Positions 11,901-23,871 of a stretch of 64,000 nt of DNA are shown piece after piece. Below the pieces are notes generated by a model. That model was not told where the DNA came from and made no database searches. It saw only the letters and a program-made list of their open reading frames with translations. Both the position numbers and the translations under genes were made by a program. Numbering within the stretch: the first letter of the stretch is position 1; each line of letters opens with the position of its first letter. This DNA is from Perna viridis (Eukaryota), in NCBI GenBank assembly GCA_037379345.1, contig CM074521.1, positions 17,570,704 through 17,634,703 of the forward strand, read 5' to 3'.

Positions 11901-13311
11901 ACTGTTTATATCACTTTGATATGACATCAAGAATTTTTTAATTCTTCGTTCGATCAGAAATATGGTCAAACTACCCCCTAAAAATTGATTGTTGGTAGAA
12001 AAATTGTATCTTTGAAAGAGGATGGGATGAGGAAACAATTAAGAAAAAACAGATGTTGTTCTTGTGAAAAGTACATGCTGCTTTAAATCTATAAAACTGC
12101 ATCCTGTTTGTCAGGATTATTTCAAAGTTATTACATGACATCGAAACCCCCCTTTTTTCTGACAATTTTTCATGCTGCAAGCTTGCAAAAACCATCCAGA
12201 CAAGTTAAAACCTGAACTAAGTTTAACTAAAACTAATTAATCATGATGCGATGTGTAAATTTATATATTTTATTTCTAAGAATTTTAACATCCTGTGAGG
12301 TTGGTGTAGGCGGATTGGTACATGCTCTTTATTCAGTAATAATGATCGTATGCAACTTCTCTGCAGGATTTCACATCAGCTGTTTGGGCTAGGTGTGGGA
12401 GTCATGCTAATCAATGTAATTATGTTGAATTATATATTATATAATATGCTTTGTTGTATCATCCACAGCTTTGGGCAAGTAGAGAATTTGTGCACTATCA
12501 ATAAATTGGTCAATGGAGACCTAAAATTGCTTCATACTATTTTTTAGGTTCCTAATTCATTGTTTTGGTGTACATGTACGTCCTGCTTTGATTTTTTGTG
12601 TGGTGGTTATCATTTTTTTATATCCTGTGCTAGAAATGGTAAGATAGAGTAATCAAGGGAACCAAGATTCTAGCGGAAATCAAAATAATTTAATCCAGGG
12701 ACAAAGACTAGACATGGAAAACAGACAATCACAACAAAGAGCATAAAGTAACTAAAATAATACATACAAAGTAACAAAAGTAAATGAACAACTCGGACTC
12801 ATCTAAAAACTGGGAGCATTGACCGTGTGCACTGGTAGGGAAAGTGTCCTCTGCTTTTCTAGAAACACCTGACGAGTTGCTCATAAAAAGTCAAGTCCGG
12901 GGTAGGACGAAAAGGAGGAAAGGAAAACTATGACATGTTGCACAAATCAGTTATATGATATCCACAGAAAAGTTGCTTGTCCATCCGTCCATCCCCTGAC
13001 AGTTTTTAAATGATAACTTGAGAACAGATCAATGATTTTTCACAGTGTACAATTTCCATAAAATACAGGTTATGATTAATTTTCAGCAAAATCCAGAATG
13101 TAGGTTTGGAACCTTTTGCCATCCCCCTTTTTTTCACTCTTACGTGATGGGGTATCACTTAATGTTCCATTATTAATCTGTTTTTTGGTTTTTTTTTCCC
13201 TTGTCTTGCTTGCAGTGATAGTCACGGAATGCTAGACTTAGGTATTGCTTTTCCAGCATCAATGCCTATCTTAAAATTTTTATGTTAACTTTCCTTTTTA
13301 CTACAGATTAA

Positions 13312-13522
13312 GGAGGTAGACCTAGGGTAAGGGACATTACTCTTGAAATCAGTGATATGTTTTTATCATATTCAATTTCAACAAAGCGTTTCAAGCTTTC
13401 ATTTGAAACAGAATGAAATCAGTCCAAGTTTCTTTGATGCTTACATGAGATTGATTTGAAACGCTGAATACATACGTTCCAATGATTTGTGAGAGTTATG
13501 TCCCTTTCCTTAGATCTACTCC
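13312..13522 (+). mobile_element. TTAA-targeting MITE family A (Kolobok-like), copy 1
   Basis: TTAA on both sides and about 30-bp imperfect TIR GGAGGTAGACCTAGGGTAAGGGACA. Homologous to 29684-29900 and 45311-45514. Confidence 0.85.
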
Positions 13523-14584
13523 TTAATATAAACCACTTGAGCTAGATCAATCATATTTGGCAGTGTTCAAAATTAGTGGTGAACCAATAGACACTTGTCT
13601 GTGGAATTTTTTAATATGCAATGTACAGTAAAATCTCACGGTTTTGGTGCTAGCTTTATAATATTTCAAATTTAAGTTTCAAAAACTGCTTTGTATGTGG
13701 TTATAGTAATATCACTACATTTGAATTCCGTATATATTTCATGCATTTGTCCTCACATTTACTGTTTATTGACTTATGAGTTTCATTTTTTAAGGTTTTC
13801 ATATAAGGTCAATTTAACTTGAACAGCTTATGGTATTTAGTGGCTAGTTGCATTAGCATCACTACATTACACTTCCATTTCTGTTTGATGCATATGCCCC
13901 CACAGTCACTATTAAATACTCTGTGCGACAGGCCAGGCAACAGTTTATATTTTGAGAGTGGAGAAAATGATTAGAAAATCAGTCATTGCTGCACTTTGTT
14001 GCATCGTGTTTAGAATTGACTGCATCTAAATGTTAATGATTAAAAGGTTAAAAAACTTGGCTTTGACATTTTGATATATAACCAAATTATACATCAGATG
14101 AAGAATTAATGATTATATATATACCAATCCAGGTTTTTACATCAGCAGATCTTGTTAGGTGTGGGAGTCAGTGTATTAATATTAAATTATTGAGTTATGT
14201 AACAAGGCTTGTCATGGATCAACAGATTGAGGATTAACAAAAAGTTCTGGTTTTCTGATGATTTAAAATGTTCTTGTGTGTTTTTCTTAAATAATTTGTG
14301 TGGCATCAATATGTCATCATGGGAAAGACATTCATTTCTCTTTTTTTCTTTAGTTGAGACTGTATTCTAAATATGTCCTAAACTGTGTGATTTGGAAAGG
14401 GAGTGATGTAACTATTATTATACAGATAGCAGTGTTTTATTGAATGTTCCAAGTGTAATAAATTTTGATAATTCATACCGTGAAATAAATTCAGTTATTT
14501 CACTCTCTGACTTTCTCCCGCCACAACGTCACAACTTTGATATCAATCTACCAATCACAGAATTTAAAATATAGATAACTTTTG

Positions 14585-14707
14585 AATAACCAAAGTGTAA
14601 TCACTCGTGCCAAGAACACTTGAGGATTTATCTAGTGTGCGGAACGAGTTCTGCACACTTATGAAATCTAGGCGTTCTACGGCACTCGTGATCACATTTT
14701 GGTTATT
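14585..14707. repeat. 123-bp imperfect palindrome (possibly Crypton-like non-autonomous element core)
   Basis: aataaccaaagtgtaatcac... / ...gtgatcacattttggttatt with central gtgtgcggaac-ga-gttctgcacac. Confidence 0.65.
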
Positions 14708-17700
14708 TACTCTGTCAAATTAATTATCCTATTATTATTTAGTTCATAGAATAAACACCCCTTTTTTATATGAAATTTTTAAGTGCAGAACAAACAATGA
14801 AACCTGGTTTTCAGATTCTTCTTTCTGAATATAGATAACATTTTTATTTTATATCATTCAAAAAGTTATTGGGGTTATAATGTTTTTTACCTGTCTGTCG
14901 GTCCGTTCACCCACCAGTCTGTCTGGACCACTTTTTATGAAAGGAGGTTTATATTCTGGCTTGTCACCTGGATAACATCTCCATTGTTTTACCAATTTCT
15001 TCCGTCTTTTGTGAATAGTTTGTAGCTATAAAAATTCACAAGATTCGGATTATCACAGGAATTTGTACAAGGAGAACCACTCTTTTGGGGAAAGGGGCTG
15101 AAATTTTCTGAAGAGTGCAAATGTGGGGCATTGGACAATCTAAGTTTCTTCAATTTTATTTTCATATAAATTTGTTTTTGTACAAATTATTTTTCATACC
15201 TTAATCAGCTCAACTGAAATCCTTGATCTCTCCCCAGTTTCACTGTTCATTAAATCTTGATATTTTGATTTTCCACTATCACAGTATATGTTTATAGTGT
15301 CATGAGAATACTTTACCTGCTCCCACAGCACAATATTAGGGGATAATTTGATGAGGAAAACATGGCAGTTTAGTTGAGAAAGTCAGCATTTATCTTGTGG
15401 TAAAGACACCTGAAATTTTGGCACAGAAACCTTGAAGACATTGAGTCATCCATGATAATTGTATATTGGAACATCTGCATGATAATTCTGTCTGTTTATG
15501 AGTAGATACAATTAATATCATCTCTCTAAAAGATGTCAAGTGCTAATGTTCTGTTGATGATGTGCTGTAAAAAATGGATGGCTGCATACAGGTGGTAGAC
15601 ATGTAATTGATTCCATGGAATTGGTAGGAAGTTCAGGTTGAAGCCACAACTACATCACAAGATCATCAGGCTGTGAAGTCAGATCAGATTTTTTTTTCAT
15701 TATAAAACAAAACTCCCTTTTTCAGGATTTTCCTGTTAAAATATTGTATCCATCACTTCTGATTGTGGATGTTCAATTTTATTTGTAAGCTGAGTAAAGT
15801 CCTTTTTGTTGAATGAACACTAACCTGATTGGTTTAAATAAACAATAACTTTTATTTCCTGTATTAGCAAATTCTCTTTAAATCTTTACATTGATCTAAA
15901 TTTTAATTCCAAAACCAATAATAAAACTTTTGCAATAATTTCTAAATTTTTCCTTTGTACTCAACTGTTTTGCCCATCCATGTTTCACAGTATGCCTTCA
16001 AAGGTAACTTTTCCCACGGTTCTCACTCCAATTTTCTCTCTATAGGTAAAACCTTGAGTTTGTATACCTGGCACCTACTGTTGATGTACATAACATCTAC
16101 CTTAATCATAGATGTATAGATTTGACAACTCCTTATCTCTGCAGAGCATCAAATCTCATAGCTCCTGTTGTCTTTGACTATTACCTTCCTTTAAAATATA
16201 GATTCGCAGATGTGCTGAGTGATTTGTTTATTTTCTTTTCCTACCTGGATTTTATCCAGGGCTTCTGTTCTCTGTTCTGTGTTATAATTTTGTTTATTAT
16301 AGTATTAAACAACAGGTGTACAAGTCGTTTCAATTTCTTTTTTCTTTTTGTTCGTTTTAGTGGTAATTATGTTTTTCAAGAGTCAGTAAGGTAAATGTTT
16401 TGTTGATCATTTCATTCTGGTGTCTCCAGTCCAAACAGGAATGTTATAAGTTCAAACAAAGGACAATAAAAGTTTTTAGGTCAATAGGGAGGTCTTTATT
16501 TATTGATGATGTAATTTGGTTTGTGACAAGCTTTCTGATTGGCTTGTTCTCTTTGAGCAAACTAAATTATTTTGTATAACTTGTCTTGGTACTGTTACAT
16601 CAGTAATGTCACTTGGTCTGCACTCTGCAATTCAAATAATACCAAACCAAATAATGTTTTGATTACGAATCAATTATAGATATTTGGACTGAAATCCATT
16701 AGAAATTAAATTACAAGATTTTTTGAAAGTTCTTAACTATAAGTGTAAACAGCCACAAACCAAATATGTCAAAGCTTTTAAAAGATTTAGAATCAAGGCA
16801 AGATACAAAATAAAACCAAAAAATTCAGCAGTTGGAAATGGACAAGTTAACTAACCAATGGTTTTTCCATATTTTCACTATATATAAGCACAAAACAAAT
16901 ATTTTTTGTACTACATGTGTATTATCACTAACTTCTTTTTTTTTTTCTTTTTTCTTAGCTGTAAATTGATACCCGAGAGTTTGTTCACTCGACATAATCT
17001 TTGAAAAAATTAATACATTAGCAGTACCTGAGCACCTCAAAATGTTTTTTTTCCCCCAACCTAAATATCTGTTTATAGAAAATAATTAATAGGATAATAA
17101 AGTGATAATATTCATGATTTAGAAATATTCGTTCCTTTAAAAAATGGTATTTTAAGTAATTTTCATGAGCTGTTAGAAAAACATGTAATTAGTCAAATTA
17201 TGATTAAGAAATACATTTGGTAAATACATTAGATTACATGATAGTCCTTTGCAAGATGATGTGACAAAATATGATTGTGCAATTTATAAATGCACAGTGC
17301 ATTTAATTAGGTGATGAATGTTTTGTTTCAAATTTTGCAAATTGCCATGTGCAGTGAAAAAAAGATGGTTATAATTGCCTCAATTACACTTTGAAATGGC
17401 GAAATATCCTTGCAATTTCTCTCTGACACTTTACATTTCATTGAAATAAAAAATGGAAATTTGATTATGAAGATTTGCTGTTTTATGGCACATTAAATCA
17501 TATCTTATAGCCAGATGGTAAAAGGCTTGCTCCATATCAAAACAAATTATACTGGGATATGAAGTGAAGTTGTGTCGGAAGCCTTGCATTAAGTTGGTTC
17601 ATTATTTGGTAGTGGCTCCTTTAAGCTGCTTCATATGAGTGCTTAATGAGACTGGTAAGAAAGGTATTTTTTTTATTTATTTACTTACATGTATTATTGT

Positions 17701-19489
17701 TTTTATGGTACATTCTAAACAGCAATAATATTTTTCCATTAGTAGAATTTTTCGCTTAGCTTTCAATTAATATTTTTGTTTAAAATCTTCCTTTTGACAC
17801 CTGTTCCTTGATTGTTATTTGTGTTTTTGCTACCAATAAAACTTTTTTTCACAACAATGGAAAACCAGTACCACTGAAGGTACTTTATAAAACTCTGATT
17901 GACAGCTCTGAACTGCAATATTTAGTTAAACGACACTGTTACATTAGATTTAAGAATTATTGGTATAGACTCAAGGTCCATGTATGCCACATTTCAAGCC
18001 TATACAATTTGTATATTCTTGAGTTCCTCCCCTTTAATTGACTAAAATGTTTATTTTTTATCCATGAAATTTGATTTGCTGTCATTTCTATGACTTGTGA
18101 CTCTTTCTACAATGAATCTGCAATAGGGTTATGGTAACATAGAATCAACATCCTTCAATAGATTTGGGCCAAACTGGGAACATACTCTTTCTTAAGCGAA
18201 GATCTGAATCTGTTGTGGTTTTCAAGGTTTTACCAAAGAAATGGCATGCTTTGTCTTGCACTAGTTTTATATGAAATTTCTTTGTTGCTGTGTCTTTGAA
18301 AAAAGAAAGTAAAGAATCCATGTTTTTCAATTGAAAACAAAGAAGATTTAGTTCATGTTATTCAACCTTTTAAAGCCCTTTTCTCATATGATGTCAAGGT
18401 CTTAATGGAGTTGTTAATAGGGTCATTGTGATCATTAGTATTCTCTTTTCTGATTTGTCCTGTCTGAATGCAGCTTATAAAAATGTAGTATATCTACACG
18501 TATGACCATTGAGCGAGCTGGAAACAGACTTCTTACCCGTCAATGAAAGGTACTAACCAAAGATCAAATAGATAAACATTACAATATAGTCAATTCCTAC
18601 ATCCAAAGAGTTCTTGGATTAATTTTTATTATTGTGCGATTCCTTTATTGTGAGGTACGATGACTGTTTCCAGTCTGTGCAGCTCACTTCACACAATAAC
18701 ACAACAATCATACTAAAATTTTACAGGTTGTATGTTGAAGGTCACATGGAAACTTGTAATGTTGGAGAATTTTCATCATTAATTTGATCCTCTATTCTAC
18801 ATAATATCAGCTAAATGAACTGTCCTGTACTGCCATACATCGTGTACTAATTTACAGCTGTAGATTAATCCTACGATGAGGAATGATCTGGCCAGCGAAA
18901 GCTGCATTTTTATATAGCCTAGCTGGCCGAGTGGTCTAGGGCATACAGAAATGATAAGAATAAAATAAATCATCATTAGAGACTTTTAAAATAAAGGGAA
19001 GTGACTCTTTGATCTGTTCATAACTTAATTGATTCGTTAGGATATTGTGAAAATATATTATGAATCATTCACTTTTGGTACAGAAAAGTCCCTAATCTCT
19101 CTGGCCTCATAATGACTTTAAACAAAACATTAGAACATAAAAAGTAGGGGGATAAAATTTACACTGCTGCCGATATCATAGGATCTGCCTGGTTTCTACA
19201 TGGACAGTCTCTTTAAGTGCACAAAGATCAAGTTAAACTGATTGATATGTCTGCTTCCTTGTAAACTGTTAACTCTGTTATTGATGCTGTTGATATTATG
19301 ATTATGTCACATATCAAAACAAGGAGAGTGTAGATCTGTAGACAAACAAATAATCAATGTCAAGGAAAATACAGAATAATATGTCTCATTCATAACATTT
19401 TGGCTTGTCATCAAAGAGGTGGATCTCTAATTTATTGAATGGTACTGTAGTTTAAATGAAAGAAAACATTCATAAAAGCAAATGCTGTT

Positions 19490-20191
19490 TTATAGTCACC
19501 TGACAAAGGCCAAGTGAGCTATTGCCATCATTTGGCGTCCGTTGTCCATTGTCGTTAACAATTTTTCGAAACTCTTCTCCTTTGACACTATGTGACCAAT
19601 TGGAACCAAAAATGGTATGAATGTTTTTTGGGGTAGCATAAATAGAACATTGGTGTCAGACAGTAGTTTTTCACATATATTGCCAAAACAGTTAGGTTTA
19701 GCCAAATTATGACATGATTAAAAGTGTTCAGTATGATGAGATCTACCTGAGGTCAAATTTTTGTTTTAATCCATTGAGCCATGTTGGAGTTAATGTTCTT
19801 TTTGATGTTTTTTTTTTTTTGCTATTTTTAATGTTATTTCTTTCAAAAATCTTCTCCTCTGACACTATTTGACCAATTGAAACCAAACTTAATACTTCTT
19901 TTAGTAGCTGAAATGATCCTTATTATTTGGAATACAAAAGTCTTCAGGGATAAAAGTTGTCAGACGACTCCTTGTACAAGTTATTGCCCTTGAAAGAAGG
20001 AAAATGACGGGTTTTTTTACAGTTTTCAGCCAATATCTTGAAAACTGTGATAGATAGAATTGCTGAAATGATCCTTATGATAAGTCCTACCAAAGTCTTT
20101 TTGAGTCGAAATTGTTGGACAACTTAAATTTATTGCCTTTGAATGGCACATTGGACCAGATGTGTGATTCAGGCTGCTGGGAGCACTTGTT
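19490..20191 (+). mobile_element. Helentron-associated (HINE/DINE-like) element
   Basis: Starts tttatagtcacctgacaaaggccaagtgagctattgccatca, then a degenerate (cgt)n tract and repeated core units (cttctcct...gacacta..tgaccaattg.aaccaaa). Ends with a subterminal IR/hairpin and TT. Confidence 0.7.
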
Positions 20192-20268
20192 CTTTTTCTC
20201 TCTCTCTTTCGCTCTCAGGCTGCTGGGAGCACTTGTTCTTTTTCTCTCTCTCTTTCGCTCTCAGGCTG
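20169..20268. repeat. 46-bp tandem duplication spanning the HINE 3' end
   Basis: tcaggctgctgggagcacttgttctttttctctctctctttcgctc x2 plus an 8-bp partial copy. Confidence 0.9.
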
Positions 20269-23232
20269 GACCTTGGTTCGGTTTTGTGACCGTGTTTAGC
20301 ATTCTGTGTGAGATGAAGTTCTCCTGACCATGTTCATTTTATACTTCTATTAAAAGACAATTTACAAAGAATGTTTTTTTTTTATGTTTTGAACCCAACC
20401 CTAACATGGAAAACCCTGAAAAAATGATTTCAAACAAAATATCAGTGCTTTTTAATACGAATATATGTCCTTGGTGGGTAATGAATTGAGCCAGGTGGAT
20501 GAGGTGTAGATCATTTGCTATATGTAAATGTACCTGAAACATTTAGGGGAGCTAACTAGTACCACATGAGCTGTGTAAGTCAAATCACTAACCGTAGGGA
20601 TATAGCTTCAAAGTAACTAACCAAAGGTCATTATCAAAGAAGTGATCAGAAATCTGTTTAAAGAATTATTTTTTTGTTAATCAAAAGCAAATTAAGCTAA
20701 TTTTCTAGGCCATTTTAATTCTTGTAATATAATAATTTAGAAATAAATCACGGAAACCTCACTATCGCTCAGGGTAAAATAATGAGGCATAAATGATCAG
20801 CCCGTGGTAAAACAATGATAAACTGGAGTTTTCATGATTTATATTGATTCTAATAGGACAAATACAGTACTTTTTTACATTTTCATGACCTATTATGGTA
20901 ACTTTATACCTTTGAAATGATCGCTAGTGAAACTTAGTAAATTGTTTTATTTATAATGACAAATTAAGTAGAAAAATGTTAGATATAGCAATAGTTGTTT
21001 GCATTATAAGGTCACAGTGTTCACACATGGACAGATACATTGTTTCATTCATTGATGATTGTTATTGTTTGTTCTCATACACGTGTACATGTGTAAGTGA
21101 TTTTTTGGAATATGATACAACTTTTCTAAAAAAAATAACATTTAATAAATTTTATTAAATATGAATTTGATTTTCATTCACACTACTGAAATGAATGAAA
21201 ACAACTGATACACAAAGGAATGTTACATGTGTTTGTTTAAATAATTTGAGGTGGTCAGTAATTTACACAATCACAAGCCACGCCCAATAAGTTGCATGCT
21301 CATATAGCAATCGAAAATCAACCAAAATTGTGGTCTCAATGCCTTAGAAGAATGTCATATTAGAATTACTTTTTTTTTATAGCAGTCATACTGTTGTGCA
21401 CAAAGATAAACAATACTTCATTAATGCAGTGTCTTTATTAACTTCTGTTGTTAACATGGTACACTAATACCTGTAGGAAGGTCTGCCTGATTGTCTTTGA
21501 CTTGTTTAATTATAGTCTGGGTGTGTTTGTTTTGTGGTGTTGTTCTAAGTCAATTGCATGACAGGTTCTGTATAAATATATGTATTATCTTGATAAGTAT
21601 GTCTATGGTGCTGAAGAAAACATCATAATTAATTAACTACTGATGACAATTTTGTCTTGTAAATTTATGCATCTGCACTCAAAAGTCTCTAATTCAAGAA
21701 AAAAATTGTACAGTTTGCCTGCTCTTGTAGAATATAGCACTATTGTGCATACAATTGCTGCAGTGTGTCAGCTCTATTACATAACTCCTGTTCAAGGTAT
21801 TACATCATAATAACGAAATGGAACCTCGGAAATGGCCAATTCATTACATGATGGATATTAAGTGTTTTCAGGTTTTGCACACTCAGTAATTTTAGATCTA
21901 ATGAGTTATCAGTGTCATGATTCAGCCTGGATTATTTCAAGAAAATTTGAATGTTTTAAACTTTATTCTTACAACAATGTAAGTGTTAACTGATTCTACT
22001 CAAATATAATGTTATATCCCACTTTAGGGCTATATTGCAATCACCTTGTCCATCCATCCATCTGTTACAGATTGATATTTGGTGTATTGCTTTTGTGTAA
22101 TGACTTGTACCATGTTTCTCCTTTCAAAGGTTGACAGAAATGGTTGATTGGGGATATTCTTAACATGCCCTAGCAATCAACATCTTCTTGTAGTGTGGGA
22201 TGGTGTATTTCCTGCGGACACATTTCGGGCCATATATAAAACAGTAATGTTTTTGTCTTGAAATCAACTCATACCCATTGCCTTGTCATATGGTCATTTT
22301 TTCAGGACCAGTTACCTTACATGGTTACGAACTAGTAGAATTAAGTTCTGAGGTCTAATCTTCTTGGTCGTTAAGAACACTGTATATTCCAACACTATGT
22401 TAGTAATTCCATTACTCTGGCTCTGTATAAAGTTACCAGAGTATGGTATCAGCCATGGGAATCATGGTGCTCCCATAACATAACTGCTTCCACTTGTTTA
22501 TGCACCGACTGCCTCTTTGATTCCAACAGATGGTGCTTGATTGAAAGGATTAGACACTGTTTGAAGACTTGTATGCTGTTAACCAAGTCACCCAGCTCGT
22601 CTCATGTATTTTGGCAGAGTAAAGGAGGAAACGCCCAGAATCATGTCTTGTTAATTCAATTAGTACTTAATTGTGGTGTTAGAGAATACTTTTGACAAAA
22701 CATGTAATACTTTATGCTTGGGTTGTAAAAGAAAATTGCCTATTGAAATAGTTGAGGTATTGTATTATCATTACATCAGCTTTTGTTTGTTGATAAACTA
22801 TGATTGTTTTAAAGACATTTGAAAATTAAGGTCATAACTGTTAATTTTGAAAGTTTGCTGCAATTTACCGTTGGGATTCTTGTCCAATGTATTTAAATTG
22901 AACTAGACATGCAATATTCCGCTATTGCATTATTTTCCACACGTTATAATTTGTCATTATATTGCTAATTAAGTTCATTTTGAGATTGTGGTTCCTGAAA
23001 AAAAGCATCCTAATGCTGATAAAATATTAGGAATTCCAACTTAATAGTGCAGATACATCTGTGAATAAGAAAATTAATTAACCGTGAAATTGATAACTTT
23101 AATAAACATATTTGATTCTAACTGATAAAAGCATTGACTTACATTGGAAAAGAGAAGTTATTTTTATCTGGTATTTCCCAAAATTGATTTCTTCAAAGTA
23201 TTTATAATTGCTTACTAATTGTGTGTTCCTAG

Positions 23233-23871
23233 ATTAAAGAAAAGCGGACACTTTTCACTACAATTGATGAAATTGAAAATGACACTGACGACTTCAAGGA
23301 AAATATTGAACCTGCTCAGCCTGACGAGAATCAAGAAATAGACAAGAGAGAAATTAACAATAGCAATGATGTAACTAGCCTAGCTGATGGACAAAGCCTG
23401 AGTGATTCATCCTGTGTCTCTTTGCAAAATTCTGCTGTAGTAGGCTCAATGACTCATACCAAACTCCTGGAGCCAAGAAAACAACAATTGTTTCAGCAGA
23501 ACGCTTCAGAAACTGTGCCATGCAAGGTCCCATCACACTTCAGTACTCACTGCAGAGTAGACAGCCCCGCCCCTGGGAGGTCACTGAAGTCCGCTAGGAG
23601 GGTACCAATTGTCAATGCCAGGTATGATAGTAACTCACACAGCTGTGTCAGTATTACAAAATTGGACGAAAATCGCAAAGTCGGGGAAAATAGCCAATCG
23701 CTGTTTCATCGTTCTGGAATTTCAACATTGCCTAAACAGGGATCTACCTACAATGGCAAAGGTGTTAACTTGCCACAGTCGCATTCCAATTCTAACCTTG
23801 ATGATATAGAGGTGCTAAGGCGATGTGACAATGTCATAGATAATGCATGTGATGTAAATTCTAAATATCAG
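23233..23871 (+). CDS. TROAP: Tastin-like exon
   Basis: ttcctAG...CAG|GTaagg, 639 nt, phase 0/0. In frame with ORF 23422..23964: IKEKRTLF...DFKENIEP...SARRVPI...SKYQ. Confidence 0.85.

Noticed and set aside
12868-12915. Hammerhead ribozyme (CTGACGA...GACGAAA)
   Set aside because: About 18 nt separate the CUGANGA box from the candidate stem II, and I found no stems I/III with an NUH site. It appears to lie in a decayed dispersed repeat.
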